Shown piece by piece: positions 62,563 to 64,000 of a DNA stretch of 64,000 bases (position 1 is the stretch's first letter; each line of letters starts with the position of its first letter). Source of the stretch: Candidatus Bathyarchaeota archaeon (lineage in GTDB: Archaea; Thermoproteota; Bathyarchaeia; 40CM-2-53-6); NCBI GenBank assembly GCA_963833125.1, contig CAWHWX010000005.1, forward strand, positions 32,001 through 96,000, read 5' to 3'. Under the pieces are notes generated by a model that was not told where the DNA came from, searched no databases, and saw nothing but the letters and a program-made list of their open reading frames with translations. A program made the translations under genes and the position numbers.

Positions 62563-63030
62563 ATGGCTAACAAAAACCTGAGAATCGTTAAGGCGAATGC
62601 GAAACATTCAGCATTGGCTTCGCCCCTCTTTGATGCGTACAGGCAGTTTTACAAGAAAAAGTCTGACGTGACAACCGCTCGGAAATTCCTGAACCGACGG
62701 CTGAAGAATAGAGAGTCGGTTCTATTCCTGGCCATCGCGGACCGGGGAAGGCATGGGAAACCGGTGGGGTTCGTGCATCTGTATCCGACTTTCTCATCCC
62801 TAACTCTTCGGCGAGAATGGATATTGTCCGACCTCTTCGTTATTCCGGAAGCGCGTCGCGGAGGGGTTGGTGAGGCTCTAATGGATCATGCTCGTCAGTT
62901 TGCCAGAGAAACCAACGCCGATGCTCTTCTCCTTGAGACGGCTATGGACAACTTCAGAGCTCAGAAGTTATACGAGAAACTCGGATACGTCCGTGACGAG
63001 GTATTCTATCGTTATGCGTTGGCAATCTAA
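62563..63030 (+). CDS. GNAT family N-acetyltransferase
   Basis: LFDAYRQFY, LYPTFSS, DLFV...RRGGVG, AQKLYEKLGY. Confidence 0.93.
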   Translation: MANKNLRIVKANAKHSALASPLFDAYRQFYKKKSDVTTARKFLNRRLKNRESVLFLAIADRGRHGKPVGFVHLYPTFSSLTLRREWILSDLFVIPEARRGGVGEALMDHARQFARETNADALLLETAMDNFRAQKLYEKLGYVRDEVFYRYALAI

Positions 63031-63037
63031 TCCTACC

Positions 63038-63391
63038 CTAAGCGGCGCGGATTATGGGCGTGCGTAAGTTCTTCTCTAGAATTGGTGGGACCTTCTTCTT
63101 CAGTAGGCTGACGAGTTCTGGATCCCCTCGGAAGAATCTGTCCGGTATGTTTAGAATTCGTATCTTGGCAGGGTTACATTGAAAGTGCGATCGTATGTAA
63201 TCGCTGTGGTGTCCCTCCATGACTAGGATTAGATCTGCCCAATCGACGAGTTTCTGAGTCAATAATTTCCCCGATGGTTCTGGCATGGTTCCAGCTGACT
63301 TAGCTTCCCATCCTTTCCAGCCTTGGAATAGGTTCTCGCCGGTTGGACTGCGTTGAAGATTCGCTGTACAAACGAATAGTACTTTCCGCAT
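63038..63391 (-). CDS. Low-molecular-weight protein tyrosine phosphatase-like protein
   Basis: LFVCTANLQRSPT, SAGT, WADLILVME, IPD. Confidence 0.9.
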   Translation of the reverse strand: MRKVLFVCTANLQRSPTGENLFQGWKGWEAKSAGTMPEPSGKLLTQKLVDWADLILVMEGHHSDYIRSHFQCNPAKIRILNIPDRFFRGDPELVSLLKKKVPPILEKNLRTPIIRAA

Positions 63392-63617
63392 GGTTAACCC
63401 GTGGGCGTTGGATTGATGTAATCGTTCTTCAACGAACCTGTTGAACTTGGGCCACATATGTGTGCTGGTACATTACGGTTTGACTTCCCGCGCCACAAGC
63501 CGTGGGCGTTTGATGTTTGTGTCGACACTCTAGCAAGGTCTTTTGTGTTAGACTGCTTCTGTTGGCGTGCCCGGTAGTGGTCTGCGGTTCGTGTTTCCAG
63601 TAGTAGGTTTACAGTCT

Positions 63618-64000
63618 TTGAAGTTATCAACTTCATCATTGTTGGCGTTGGGTCACGGGGTCAATGATCTATTCTCGAACAGTCTTTCTGGCTTACTACC
63701 GATAATCACTGGATTGTTCGGTCTCTCGTATCTGCTTGCGGGAGTCGTCGCAATGGTCTTCAACGTGACCTCATCGATCATGCAACCGTTGTTCGGTCAT
63801 TGGTTCGACCGCTCGCACATCGCGTGGCTCATGGAGGCTGGGTTGGCGTTGAACTGCGTCGGCATGAGCTTGCTTGGTTTTTCCTCAAGCTATGTCCTAC
63901 TGCTATTTTTCGTGGGGTCCGCTGGGTTGGGAACAGCAGCTTTCCATCCGCCCGCGTTTTCAGCAGTCGTGAAGTCGGGCAGGTCATCGCCAGGTAAGGA
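63618..64000 (+). CDS. MFS transporter (Fsr-like), runs off the window end; not in the ORF track
   Basis: Manual translation: LGHGVNDL...LLP...QPLFGHWFDR...GLGTAAFHPPA. Confidence 0.85.
   Translation, partial: MKLSTSSLLALGHGVNDLFSNSLSGLLPIITGLFGLSYLLAGVVAMVFNVTSSIMQPLFGHWFDRSHIAWLMEAGLALNCVGMSLLGFSSSYVLLLFFVGSAGLGTAAFHPPAFSAVVKSGRSSPGK

Noticed and set aside
63800-63997. 65-aa ORF from the track
   Set aside because: Wrong frame; the real gene is the MFS transporter starting near 63618.

Overview
This is a 64 kb archaeal chromosomal segment, most likely TACK and probably Bathyarchaeia-like (inferred from archaeal uS12, TrmB regulators, a CFI-box-CTERM protein, an eL22-like ORF and BHB-intron tRNAs). 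From left to right it contains: a glycosylation cluster; a small accessory region (DUF5678, a PIN/UPF0175 toxin-antitoxin pair, and a DIP1984-family gene followed by an unannotated ~200-nt structured, internally repetitive element); an oxidative-stress/Fe-S block (sod, sufU, sufS, Rieske ferredoxin, msrA, sufDBC, a stand-alone nuoBCDI, bcp); guaB; rps12; a surface-protein/MinD cluster; hflX; tRNA-Glu(TTC) with three introns; and tRNA-Leu(TAG) with two introns. A ~14 kb island is integrated at tRNA-Leu (13-bp direct repeat). It carries DUF5131/TcmP, ParB, TrmB and an apparently uncharacterised catabolic cluster (DegT aminotransferase, two TIM-barrel epimerases, APC permease, BKACE, Zn-ADH, F420-dependent oxidoreductase). 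A further variable region follows. About 15 genes are split by single frameshifts, most likely assembly indels. The best candidate for an undescribed system is the DIP1984 gene plus its downstream hairpin-enclosed repeat element (8407-8604). All family assignments are from motif recognition; no searches were run.
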